Made by a program: the position numbers and the translations under genes | In this document: positions 39,643 to 48,839 of the stretch, piece by piece | Layout of the letters: every line of letters begins with the position of its first letter | How positions within the stretch are numbered: the stretch's first letter is position 1 | The notes under the pieces: generated by a model | Seen by the model: only the letters and a program-made list of their open reading frames with translations | Told to the model about the DNA's origin: nothing | The model's database searches: none | Assembly (NCBI GenBank): GCA_943788915.1 | Contig: CALSSD010000005.1 | Coordinates: forward strand, 310,001 to 374,000 | Source: an uncultured Acidimicrobiales bacterium | GTDB taxonomy: Bacteria > Actinomycetota > Acidimicrobiia > Acidimicrobiales > UBA10347 | Length of the DNA: 64,000 bases | Direction: 5' to 3'

Positions 39643-39996
39643 ATGCCTAGCGGGTCCGCCGACGCTGCAACTCAAAAAAGACCGCAGGCGGACCACCCGC
39701 TCGCCTTTGACTCGTCAGCGAAGTGGGAACGCAGCGCCAAGATCGGGCTCCGGCCCGAACCTTTCGGAGCGCTGGCGTACCACTTCGATACCCGAAGGCT
39801 TGTCTTTCTGAAGTCCGCCGTGCTGGTCCAATTGGTCGATGGTCTCGTCGACCATGACTCTGCCGATGCTGCTATCGAAGCCATCGTTGAACCAACCGAT
39901 GATCGCAGCCGCCAGGCCCATGTGAAGGCCTTAGCCTCGCTTGCCGAAGCTGGCGTGATCGAACCCGTTACTACCGCCATCTCTTCTGTTGGGTAA
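39643..39996 (+). CDS. mftB: Mycofactocin biosynthesis chaperone (RRE)
   Basis: LRPEPFGAL.YHF.TRRL.FLK motif; between mftA and mftC. Confidence 0.95.
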   Translation: MPSGSADAATQKRPQADHPLAFDSSAKWERSAKIGLRPEPFGALAYHFDTRRLVFLKSAVLVQLVDGLVDHDSADAAIEAIVEPTDDRSRQAHVKALASLAEAGVIEPVTTAISSVG

Positions 39997-39999
39997 ACC

Positions 40000-41193
40000 A
40001 TGACCGCCACCCAGTCCTCTCCACTGACGCTGATCTCGAAGTCAGCAAGCACAAAGACACAGGCGGTCCCTCCGCTTGTTGAGCAGCTCAAGGGTGGCCT
40101 CGATGCCCCCATCTGCCTCACGTGGGAACTCACCTACGCCTGCAACCTGGCGTGTGTGCACTGCCTGAGTTCGTCGGGGCGTCGCGACCCCAAAGAACTC
40201 ACCACCGCCGAAGCACTCGCCGTGGTTGATGAACTCGCCGACCTACAGGTGTTCTATGTGAACCTCGGCGGCGGCGAACCAATGCTCCGCAAGGACTTCC
40301 TCGACATCGTCGACCATGCCGTGAGCCGCAACGTCGGCGTCAAGTTCTCGACCAACGGCTACTACATCGACAAAGCAGCCGCCGAACGTTTCGCCGCTAC
40401 CGACCTGCTCGATATCCAGATCTCGCTCGACGGCTTCGACGCAGAAACCAACGACGCCGTCAGAGGCAAGGGTTCATGGGAAGCCGCTCGCCGGGCCATG
40501 GACAATCTGGCCGACGCAAACTTTGGCGAGTTCAAGATCTCCATCGTGGCCACTCGCCACAATGTCGACCAGCTCGACGATTACAAGAAGATGGCCGACG
40601 AGTACGGCGCACAGTTACGGGTGACCCGGTTGCGTCCGTCGGGCCGAGGCGTCGACTCATATCAGGACCTGCGCCTGACCCATCCACAGCAACAGCAGAT
40701 CTTCCGCTGGATCATGGATCACCCCGATGTATTGACTGGCGATTCGTTCTTCCACCTGAACGCGCTCGGCAAGGACACCGGCGAAACACTGCCGGGTCTG
40801 AGCATGTGTGGTGCTGGCCGCATCGTGTGCCTGATCGACCCAATCGGCGATGTCTACGCCTGCCCGTTCGTGATCCACGACGAGTTCATGGCTGGCAATG
40901 TGCGTGACACCGGCGGTTTCGCTTCGGTGTGGCGCGAGTCCGACCTATTTCAAGAATTGCGTGAGCCGGGTGCCGCTGGAGCCTGTGCTTCCTGCAACGC
41001 CTACGACGCCTGTGGCGGTGGCTGCATGGCGGCCAAGTTCTTCACCGGCATCCCACTCGACGGCCCTGATCCCGACTGCGCACTCGGCCATGCCGACGAG
41101 GCAGTTGCTGCGGCTTCGGCTGCTGGTGTGGTGCCTCAGCCATCACAAGACCACTCGCGACGCCCAGTCTCGCTAGGCGCCAAGCCTTCCTGA
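40000..41193 (+). CDS. mftC: Mycofactocin radical SAM maturase
   Basis: GLDAPICLTWELTYACNL.C.HC, SPASM CGAGR.VCLIDP.GDVYACPF, C..C.....C.GGC.AAKFFTG. Confidence 0.97.
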   Translation: MTATQSSPLTLISKSASTKTQAVPPLVEQLKGGLDAPICLTWELTYACNLACVHCLSSSGRRDPKELTTAEALAVVDELADLQVFYVNLGGGEPMLRKDFLDIVDHAVSRNVGVKFSTNGYYIDKAAAERFAATDLLDIQISLDGFDAETNDAVRGKGSWEAARRAMDNLADANFGEFKISIVATRHNVDQLDDYKKMADEYGAQLRVTRLRPSGRGVDSYQDLRLTHPQQQQIFRWIMDHPDVLTGDSFFHLNALGKDTGETLPGLSMCGAGRIVCLIDPIGDVYACPFVIHDEFMAGNVRDTGGFASVWRESDLFQELREPGAAGACASCNAYDACGGGCMAAKFFTGIPLDGPDPDCALGHADEAVAAASAAGVVPQPSQDHSRRPVSLGAKPS

Positions 41194-41251
41194 TCTAACT
41201 GTTCTGTCCGACACGGCGGCACATGACCTCGGCGGAGAACTACGCGCCGCC

Positions 41252-41395
41252 GGAACCCAGCTTGGTGGCGTGCTGGTGGCCACGGCGACCGAGCAAAGCC
41301 TGCGAGGCAAAGCCGGCATCTACGATGTGGCCGTCCGCACCGGCGTCGATGATCGACTCATCGCTACATTCCGTGGCAACACTGCGGCTGGTGTA
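41252..41395 (+). pseudogene. Remnant of a PaaI/PaaD-like hot-dog thioesterase C-terminus
   Basis: LGGVLVATATEQSLRGKAGIYDVAV....RLIATFRG; N-terminal half with the HGG motif is absent. Confidence 0.55.
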
Positions 41396-41616
41396 GGCAA
41401 TCTCCGTTTCGCGTGGACACGAGCGCGTCTATGTTTGATCATTCGCACGGGTTCCCTGGGCTTCGCTCGATGTGCAGCGGCCTCTACCTGCATGTTGTGC
41501 CGAAGGTAGTCCGGAGGTAGGTGGCGGGAGAGTCGGCGTCGTCGAACATATGGGTGATGAGCAGGAGTCATGGACGAACGCTGAGGCCAGGCGGCCGGGG
41601 GCGTACTCTCTCGGTT

Positions 41617-43167
41617 GTGACTGAGGAAACGGCCGAACATCCGGCCAGGCCACGCCGCAAGGGACGCCGGGTAGACACCGGGCCCAAGATCATCGAACAA
41701 CCGGCGCCGCGTGCCCATCGGCGGGCATTCGAGCCAACCCGGGTTGTCTCCGATGATGAGCTCGAAGCTATCCATCAGGCGTCACTCACGTTGTTGAGCA
41801 CGACCGGTATGGACGTCCTGCTCCCTCAGGCCCAGCAGCTGTTCCTCCAAAATGGTGCAAGCTTGGACGGCGATCGCATGCGTTTCGACCCCGAGATGAT
41901 CCTGGACTTTGTTGGCTCGGCCCCGGCAGAGTTCACGATGCATGCCCGTAATCCAGCCAGGAGTCAACAGATCGGAGGTGACAATGTCGTCTTCACCGCT
42001 GTGGGTAGTCCACCAAACTCTGGAGATATTGTCGGTGGACGCCGGACCGGCAACCACCAGGACTTCATCGACCTCGTCAAGCTCAGTCAGCACCTGAACG
42101 CCGTGCAGTTGCACGCGGGATATCCGGTCGAACCGGCCGATATCCATGCGTCGGTCCGGCACCTGCATGCGATCCGCGACATCGTCACGCTCAGCGACAA
42201 GCCGGTGAATGCATACAGCTTGGGAGCGCAGCGCAACCGTGACGCGCTTGAGATCTTGCGGTTAGCGCACGGACTCACCGACGACGAGGTCGACGAGAAA
42301 TCGATCGTCTACACGGTGATCAACACGTCGTCGCCTTTGCGGCTCGACCACCCGATGGCCACCGGCATCATCGAATATGCCGGTCGAGGTCAGGCGTCGA
42401 TCATCACACCGTTCACGCTCGCCGGAGCCATGGCCCCGGTCACGATTGCCGGTGCGGTCGTGCAACAGAACGCCGAAGCACTTGTCGGCATCGCCTTGTC
42501 CCAGATCGTTCGCCGGGGCGCGCCCATTGTCTACGGCGGCTTCACCTCGAACGTCGACATGAAGTCGGGATCACCCGCGTTCGGCACGCCTGAGTTCATG
42601 CAGTCGGCCATGCTCGGTGGCCAACTAGCCCGGCGATACGGGCTGCCATATCGCTCGTCGAACGTGAACGCAGCGAACGCCGTCGATGCTCAGGCCGCCT
42701 ACGAATCCGTGTTCTCGTTGTGGGGTGCGGTCATGGGCGGCGCCAACGTGGTCTATCACGGCGCCGGTTGGCTCGAAGGCGGGCTACGAGCATCGTTCGA
42801 GAAGATGGTGCTCGATGCCGACCTGATCAATATGGTCGGCTCGTTCTTGGCTCCGCTTGTCGTGGACCAAGCCACCATGGCGCTCGATGCCATCGACGAG
42901 GTCGGCCCTGGGGGCCACTTCTTTGGCACCCAACACACGCAGGACCGCTACCGCACTGCGTTCTTCGCCCCGATGATCAGCGACTGGCGAAACTTCGAAG
43001 CCTGGGAAGAAGCTGGCTCGCCAACCGCAGATCAGAAAGCTGCGTCGCTCTACCGAACGCTCCTGGCCGAGTACCAAACCCCACCGTTCGATGCCGACCG
43101 CGAGGCAGCCGTGAACGAGTTCGTTGACCGCCGCATCGCCGAAGGCGGCGTCGAAACCGACTTCTAA
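41617..43167 (+). CDS. Trimethylamine methyltransferase (MttB) family protein, non-pyrrolysine
   Basis: F...ARNP, INTSSPL..D, TPFTLAGAMAPVT.AG, TSNVDMKSG.PAFG.PE, H.AGWLEGG, VGPGGHF; no in-frame TAG; GTG 41617 has TACTCT 7 nt upstream. Confidence 0.92.
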   Translation: MTEETAEHPARPRRKGRRVDTGPKIIEQPAPRAHRRAFEPTRVVSDDELEAIHQASLTLLSTTGMDVLLPQAQQLFLQNGASLDGDRMRFDPEMILDFVGSAPAEFTMHARNPARSQQIGGDNVVFTAVGSPPNSGDIVGGRRTGNHQDFIDLVKLSQHLNAVQLHAGYPVEPADIHASVRHLHAIRDIVTLSDKPVNAYSLGAQRNRDALEILRLAHGLTDDEVDEKSIVYTVINTSSPLRLDHPMATGIIEYAGRGQASIITPFTLAGAMAPVTIAGAVVQQNAEALVGIALSQIVRRGAPIVYGGFTSNVDMKSGSPAFGTPEFMQSAMLGGQLARRYGLPYRSSNVNAANAVDAQAAYESVFSLWGAVMGGANVVYHGAGWLEGGLRASFEKMVLDADLINMVGSFLAPLVVDQATMALDAIDEVGPGGHFFGTQHTQDRYRTAFFAPMISDWRNFEAWEEAGSPTADQKAASLYRTLLAEYQTPPFDADREAAVNEFVDRRIAEGGVETDF

Positions 43168-43195
43168 CAACGAATATCTACACATGACGACGCTT

Positions 43196-43224
43196 AACAT
43201 GACGGTGCCTGGCACCGTCATGTT
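43196..43224. repeat. GGTGCC-W-GGCACC perfect palindrome (REP-like), partial copy at 43284-43303
   Basis: AACATGACGGTGCC T GGCACCGTCATGTT, 14-bp arms. Confidence 0.8.
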
Positions 43225-43334
43225 GCCGCGGAACCGCTTGGCTGCAGCGATCAACATCCGTTGCCACGAGGCCCCAAACGCTAAACATGACAGTCCCTGG
43301 CACTCGCAAGAGATCCTCGTGCGAGACTGAGCGA

Positions 43335-44132
43335 ATGGTTGAGATCACGAAGTTTGGGGCGCCGCTGGGTGGTCTGGTTCGCGGCGTGGATCTGCGCTCC
43401 ATCGGCGACGCCGAGTTCGCCGCCATTCAGGCCGCGTTTGCCGAGCATCTGGTGTTGGCGTTTCCAGGCCAGGACCTGTCCGTCGAGGATCAACTAGCGT
43501 TCGCCCGGCGATGGGGCCAGCTCCAGCAGCACCCGTTCTACAAAGGCGCTGACTATCCGGAGCTCATGAAGCTTCAGAACCGGGGCAAGGCCAAGGACCC
43601 GAACGAACACTGGCACAGCGACATGAGTTATGAGCTGACACCACCGAAGATCACGATGTTGTATGCGCTCGAGGCTCCCGATATTGGCGGCGACACGGCC
43701 TTCGCCAATCAGCATCTTGCCTTCGACGAGCTGTCCGCCACGTTGCAGGAACAGCTTCGAGCCACAAATGCCGTGCATAGCGCCGAGGGCCTGGCCCGCC
43801 TGTATCGCAAGGATCCGACAGATGCGCCACGGGCAGTCCACCCGGTCGTCCGCCGCCACGAGGATCGGGGTGACGAGGCTCTCTACGTCTGCCGTGCGTT
43901 CACCACCAAGTTCAAGGGCTGGCGCACCTCCGAAAGCCGCGGCCTGCTGGACTTTCTGTTCGAGCACTCAGCCCGGCTTGACTTTCAGTCACGTCACCAA
44001 TGGAACGCAGGCGACCTTGTCATGTGGGACAACCGTTCAGTCCTGCACTATGCCGTGCACGACCATGGCGACGACGCTCGCACAATCCACCGAGTCCAGG
44101 TCCAAGGCGAGACCCCGGGTACCGCTGCGTAG
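43335..44132 (+). CDS. TauD/TfdA family Fe(II)/2-oxoglutarate dioxygenase
   Basis: WHSD, GGDT.FAN, HPVVR.H, W..GD..MWDNR...H..., R..HR. Confidence 0.93.
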   Translation: MVEITKFGAPLGGLVRGVDLRSIGDAEFAAIQAAFAEHLVLAFPGQDLSVEDQLAFARRWGQLQQHPFYKGADYPELMKLQNRGKAKDPNEHWHSDMSYELTPPKITMLYALEAPDIGGDTAFANQHLAFDELSATLQEQLRATNAVHSAEGLARLYRKDPTDAPRAVHPVVRRHEDRGDEALYVCRAFTTKFKGWRTSESRGLLDFLFEHSARLDFQSRHQWNAGDLVMWDNRSVLHYAVHDHGDDARTIHRVQVQGETPGTAA

Positions 44133-44267
44133 CCACAACGATGCGAAGATCGGTCATTTCGTGCGAGATACGGATGGTGCAGCGAAGTAGCTGGTGGACG
44201 GTCGATGACCTTCTACTCAAGGTTGCTGAGGTCCGCCACACGGTCTAGCTCTTCCATGCTCGAAACG

Positions 44268-44951
44268 CTAGCCGTGCCCGGTGACAGTCTCGACAGTGTC
44301 GAGCGTTGCAACCAGGTTCGACACCAACTGCTGCAGGAGGATGCGACCTTCTTCGGCCGAGGCTCCTGCAGGATCGCCCAGCACGCCGTTAGGTGATGCA
44401 GCGACGACACCTCCAGAACGAAGGTCATCGATGATTTCGACCAGCGGCGCAGTGTTTCCCGGCTCGGCGGCGTCGAGCCGAACCGATTCCGGCGCTATGG
44501 CCAGCATGAGCGACGTCTCGGTGCGACCAGCGTGAGCATCACCGCCGGGGATAGACGGTGACCACGATGTGACGTCGTGCTGCTCGGCATGCAGCTGCGC
44601 TATAGCTCCAGCGATGCCTGCGTAGTTACCACCGTGCCCATTCACAAAGACGATCCTGTCAAAGGTCAAGGCAGCAGATCGAGTCAGCTCAACGATGACG
44701 GTCCGGAGCACTTCGGTGCCGATCGACAGTGTCCCGGCGAATCCAGCATGTTCACCACTCGCCCCATACGGCAGTGTTGGGGCGACGGCCACCCCAGGTA
44801 ACACGTCGGCAGCGCCCGCGGCGATTGCCTCGGCGATACGAGCATCGGTGTCCATAGGCAAGTGCGGTCCGTGCTGTTCTGTCGAGCCAAGGGGGATAAG
44901 CAATATCGCAGTGACATCAACTTCTGGCCAGACCTGTTTCGCCAACTCCAC
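44268..44951 (-). CDS. mftE: Mycofactocin peptidase (creatininase family)
   Basis: P.GSTEQHGPHLP..TD, YGASGEH..F.GT, NGHGGN, DAHAG.TETS, SPNGVLGDP. Confidence 0.93.
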   Translation of the reverse strand: MELAKQVWPEVDVTAILLIPLGSTEQHGPHLPMDTDARIAEAIAAGAADVLPGVAVAPTLPYGASGEHAGFAGTLSIGTEVLRTVIVELTRSAALTFDRIVFVNGHGGNYAGIAGAIAQLHAEQHDVTSWSPSIPGGDAHAGRTETSLMLAIAPESVRLDAAEPGNTAPLVEIIDDLRSGGVVAASPNGVLGDPAGASAEEGRILLQQLVSNLVATLDTVETVTGHG

Positions 44952-45017
44952 ACCGCAACGTTAGAAGGCAATTGCTCGGAAGGTGGCTGTCGTAAGTCGT
45001 CGTCTTAGGATCATCCC

Positions 45018-46187
45018 GTGGGAAATCCGTGGTTTGAAACCGTTGCTGTCGCCAAAGCTCGCTCGAAAAAGCGCCTTCCTCGTTCGGTGTATGGCGCCAT
45101 CGTCGCTGGCGCTGAAGCTGGTATCTCTCGTGACGACAATCTGTCTGCGTTTGATCAACTCGGACTGCGTCCGGTAGCTGCAGGACAGCACGCTCACCGC
45201 GAGATGGCGACCACGATCATGGGTCAGCCAGCCTCGATGCCTGTCATGATCTCGCCAACCGGCGTGCAGGCAGTGCACCCCGAGGGTGAAGTCGCCGTGG
45301 CTCGTGCCACCGCTGCCCGTGGCGTGCCTATGGGACTCAGTTCGTTTGGCAGCAAACCACTCGAAGACGTAGTCGCAGCTAACCCACAAACGTTCTTCCA
45401 GATCTACTGGGCCGGCGATCGCGACTCCATGAGTGCCCGTATGGAACGGGCTCGTAACGCTGGCGCAGCTGGCATGATCCTGACACTCGACTGGTCCTTC
45501 TCCCACGGCCGAGACTGGGGTAGCCCATCGATCCCCGAAAAGATCGACCTGAAAACCGCCATCGAACACGCACCCGACGTGCTCACCCGCCCCCAGTGGC
45601 TGATGAGCTGGTTGAAGACCAAGCAGCTCCCTGACCTGGGCGTTCCCAACTTCCCTACCGGCGGCGCACCAGTGCCTGGTTTCTTCGAGGCCTACGGCAC
45701 ATGGATGGGCACCCCTCCCCCCAGCTGGGACGACATCGCAGGACTCATCGAAGAATGGGGCGGCGAGTTCATGATCAAGGGCATTGGCCGACCTGACGAA
45801 GCCAAGCGAGCGGTACAGGCCGGCGCAACCGCAATCTCGGTCTCAAACCATGGCGGCAACAACATCGACAGTTCACCTGCACCGATCCGGGTCCTACCCG
45901 AAGTCGTCGACGCAGTCGGCAGCGAAATTCAGGTGATCATGGATGGCGGGATCCGTCGAGGCTCCGACGTCGTCAAGGCATTGGCCTTTGGTGCCGAAGC
46001 GGTAATGATCGGCCGTGCCTACCTGTGGGGCCTCGCCGCCAACGGCCAGGCCGGCGTCGAGAACGTGCTCGACATTCTGCGCAGCGGCATGGACGCCACC
46101 CTGCTTGGCATGGGCAAGTCCGGCATCGCCGACCTGTCAATGGACGACATCAGCATCCCCGACGGGTTCTTCCCGCCTCGCATCTGA
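45018..46187 (+). CDS. mftD: Pre-mycofactocin synthase (FMN-dependent oxidative deaminase)
   Basis: WFETV....R.KKRLP.SVY, ISPTGVQAVHP.GE, DWSF...RDWGSP, SNHGGNN.D, DGGIRRG.D. Confidence 0.95.
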   Translation: MGNPWFETVAVAKARSKKRLPRSVYGAIVAGAEAGISRDDNLSAFDQLGLRPVAAGQHAHREMATTIMGQPASMPVMISPTGVQAVHPEGEVAVARATAARGVPMGLSSFGSKPLEDVVAANPQTFFQIYWAGDRDSMSARMERARNAGAAGMILTLDWSFSHGRDWGSPSIPEKIDLKTAIEHAPDVLTRPQWLMSWLKTKQLPDLGVPNFPTGGAPVPGFFEAYGTWMGTPPPSWDDIAGLIEEWGGEFMIKGIGRPDEAKRAVQAGATAISVSNHGGNNIDSSPAPIRVLPEVVDAVGSEIQVIMDGGIRRGSDVVKALAFGAEAVMIGRAYLWGLAANGQAGVENVLDILRSGMDATLLGMGKSGIADLSMDDISIPDGFFPPRI

Positions 46188-46306
46188 GCCAAGGCCTCGT
46201 GAGTTCGGATGGCTGTTCCAACGGCAACGGCCTCGCACACGACCGCCGTGCCATCTCTCTCGTCGCAGATAGCCGCGGTCGACGTCCGACCAATTAACCT
46301 GCCGCG

Positions 46307-47572
46307 GTGACAGCGCGAGTCAAGGTCCCCTACGAGATCAAGTTGCTGCTGGTCGCATTGGCCTGTGGGACGTTTGCGTTCTCGGTATTGGCAACGGTCA
46401 TCGGGCTTCAGGTCTTCGCCATCACCGACAGCGAGCGGGACCTCGGGCTGGTCGGATTGGCGCAGTTCGTGCCGATCCTGTTGTTATCGCCATTCACTGG
46501 CACCATTGCTGATCGCTTCGACCGTCGTCATGTATTTGGTGCCGGCCTGGTAATCACGATCATCGCATCGCTGGGAATGATGGCCTACGCCGCCACCGAT
46601 CCAACGAGTGTTCTGCCGATCTTCCTGCTGTTGGCAGTGAATGGCGTTGGCCGAGCGGTAGGCACGCCAGCCAGCCGGGCGCTCCCGATCGACCTGGCAC
46701 CCGAGGGAGCGCTCGAACGCATCATCGCTCTGCGGTCGTTGACCTTCCAGGTCTCGTTGATCGTTGGCCCGCTCGTTGGCGCATTCGCCAACAAGGCCTC
46801 ACATGTGCTCCCCTACGCGCTGGTTGTAGTAGCGCAGGTGGTGGCGATTCTGGTGCTGGCCGGTATCACCAAACCAGCAACGGCCAAACTCGATTCCGCA
46901 GCGGGACCTCGACAGGCGATACGCGACGCGGTCGAGGGGTTGCGTTTCATCCGACGCAATCAGATCATCTTCGGCGCCATCTCACTCGATCTATTTGCGG
47001 TGTTGTTCGGCGGGGCCGTGGCGCTTCTGCCGGCAATTGTGGACAAACGCCTTGGCATCGAAGATGTCGATCTCGGCGTTGGCATCCTGCGGGCCGCCAC
47101 TGCCGCAGCGGCTGCTTTGGCCGCACTCGTGCTGTCCATCAGGCCACTCAAGCGAAAGGCGGGGCCAACGCTATTCGCCATGATCGCCATCTTTGGTCTG
47201 GCCACGATCGCGCTCGGCATCACCAGAAGCTTTATTGTCGCCGCGTTGGCGGTCGCCGTCCTCAGCGCCACCGATCAGGTGAGTGTTTTTATTCGGGCAA
47301 GCATCGTTCCACTGGCCACGCCCGAATCGATGCGGGGGCGCGTGTTAGCGGTCGAAAACGTTTTTATTGGCGGCTCAAACGAGCTCGGCGCCTACGAGTC
47401 CGGCGAGACCGCCGCGTGGTGGGGACTCGCTCCGGCCGTCGTAATCGGAGGCATCGGCACGTTGATTGTTGTCGGCGTCGGTTGGTTCGCGTTCCCTGCG
47501 TTACGGGCCGTTGACCGCTTCAGCGAAGTCAAACCGGTAGCGGACACACCAGTGCCAGACAGACCCACCTAG
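46307..47572 (+). CDS. MFS transporter (EntS/H+ antiporter-like)
   Basis: LGLVGL.QF.P, G..ADRFDR, ISLDLFAVLFGG, MRGRV...E.VFIG.SNELG. Confidence 0.9.
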   Translation: MTARVKVPYEIKLLLVALACGTFAFSVLATVIGLQVFAITDSERDLGLVGLAQFVPILLLSPFTGTIADRFDRRHVFGAGLVITIIASLGMMAYAATDPTSVLPIFLLLAVNGVGRAVGTPASRALPIDLAPEGALERIIALRSLTFQVSLIVGPLVGAFANKASHVLPYALVVVAQVVAILVLAGITKPATAKLDSAAGPRQAIRDAVEGLRFIRRNQIIFGAISLDLFAVLFGGAVALLPAIVDKRLGIEDVDLGVGILRAATAAAAALAALVLSIRPLKRKAGPTLFAMIAIFGLATIALGITRSFIVAALAVAVLSATDQVSVFIRASIVPLATPESMRGRVLAVENVFIGGSNELGAYESGETAAWWGLAPAVVIGGIGTLIVVGVGWFAFPALRAVDRFSEVKPVADTPVPDRPT

Positions 47573-47627
47573 GCAGTCTCCACAGGCCCCAGAAACAGCT
47601 GTCTTGTGTCTGCTCGTGTCGGCTGAC

Positions 47628-48422
47628 TCACATGGCCAGCAGGCTCTTCGTGACCTTGTCGGTGAAATCGTTCTGCCAGGAATCCTTGACGTCGACGATC
47701 TCTCCCGCCGTGGTGATCCGGTTCACCATCTCCAGAGCCGTCCGGAGGATGTCACGCTGGTAGTCGGGTTTGTTTGCTGGGCCAAATGGGTTGCCCATGG
47801 GGAAGTTGACGAACATGGACCGGGGTGGCCTGACCAACTCGGTCAGGTCTCGGCCTGTGGAAACAAGCACGGTGGGGATGCCAGCGGCTTCGATTACTCG
47901 TGCGACCAGACCAACTGTCTGGTGGTCAAGCGGTCAAGCCGGTACCAGAAGGAACAGATCGACGTCGTCGTCGTGCAGCTCCTCGGCCAATGCCGGTGCC
48001 GCCTCCTCGAGAACGTGGGTCCGTTTGTAGATACGACCCATGAAACCGCTCCACAGCCGGGGAGCGACCGAACCAATGGTGCCATCGGTCTCGAGTTCAC
48101 GAAGGCGGTCGATCGGGAACACTGTGTTGACGTCGATCTCGGCGTCGGTGGTGTCGTAGTAGCTGTCGCTCACCGTGAAGTCGGCCTGGGTGGCAGTCGG
48201 ATCGACGGTGTCGAGGCGAAAGTCATTGCGTGCCTCTGCATCCCAGGTGGGCATCGAGCAGTGCGATACACCGCCCGAAGTCAGCATCGACACCCGACAC
48301 TGCGACAGCGGCTTGTCCAGCGCAGTGAGCGAGGTCGGTTCATTGACCGTCCACTGATACGGCGGAAACCCCTGAGCCTTATACCGCTGGTTCAGAAGAT
48401 CGACATAACGAACTGGTTCCAT
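47628..48422 (-). CDS. GrdB/PrdB-like reductase selenoprotein (264 aa) with Sec at codon 163
   Basis: Two ORFs joined in frame by one TGA (47934-47936): ..DVNTVFPIDRL.EL..G.IG..DLFLLVPA-U-PLDHQTVGLVAR.IE..GIPTV..PPR...NFPMG.PFG. Confidence 0.88.
47905..47923 (-). promoter_or_regulatory. Candidate bacterial SECIS element
   Basis: ACCAGAC-AGTTG-GTCTGGT stem-loop, loop starting 18 nt after UGA with G at second loop position. Confidence 0.7.
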
Positions 48423-48475
48423 GAAAACACGTTAGACCTGTCCCGCACCGCGACGCGAGGTACACGTTGCTTCGG

Positions 48476-48799
48476 CTACGAGAACAAGTCGTTGGCGTCG
48501 AGAACGATCAGGACGACCAGCAACACGATGACACCCGCGTTGAGTGCGCTGACCGGCCACTTGTACTTGTGATCGGCGCGATGGAAGCGGCGGATACTGA
48601 AGACGTTCGCCACGATGGCGATGGTTCCTACGATCAAACCAATCGTGGACCCGATACCGGAAGTAACACCGATGATTGGGAAGATGAACGGGAAGAGCAG
48701 ATAGGTCAGCAGGCACCGAATACCCGAGATCAGGATCGACTGGCTAAACAGCCGTTCTGGCTGATCTGCAGCATTGGTATCGACGTCGGTTGCGACCAC
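48476..48799 (-). CDS. Hypothetical three-TM membrane protein
   Basis: FS.S..ISG.RC.LTY...P pattern, hydrophobic segments, TAGCGT 6 nt upstream of GTG. Confidence 0.75.
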   Translation of the reverse strand: MVATDVDTNAADQPERLFSQSILISGIRCLLTYLLFPFIFPIIGVTSGIGSTIGLIVGTIAIVANVFSIRRFHRADHKYKWPVSALNAGVIVLLVVLIVLDANDLFS

Positions 48800-48839
48800 A
48801 ATTGTACGCTATCTGCTGAACCCGAGCGGCTCGGTGCGT

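Noticed and set aside
41617..43167. Pyrrolysine-containing trimethylamine methyltransferase
   Set aside because: No in-frame TAG; the ORF is continuous.
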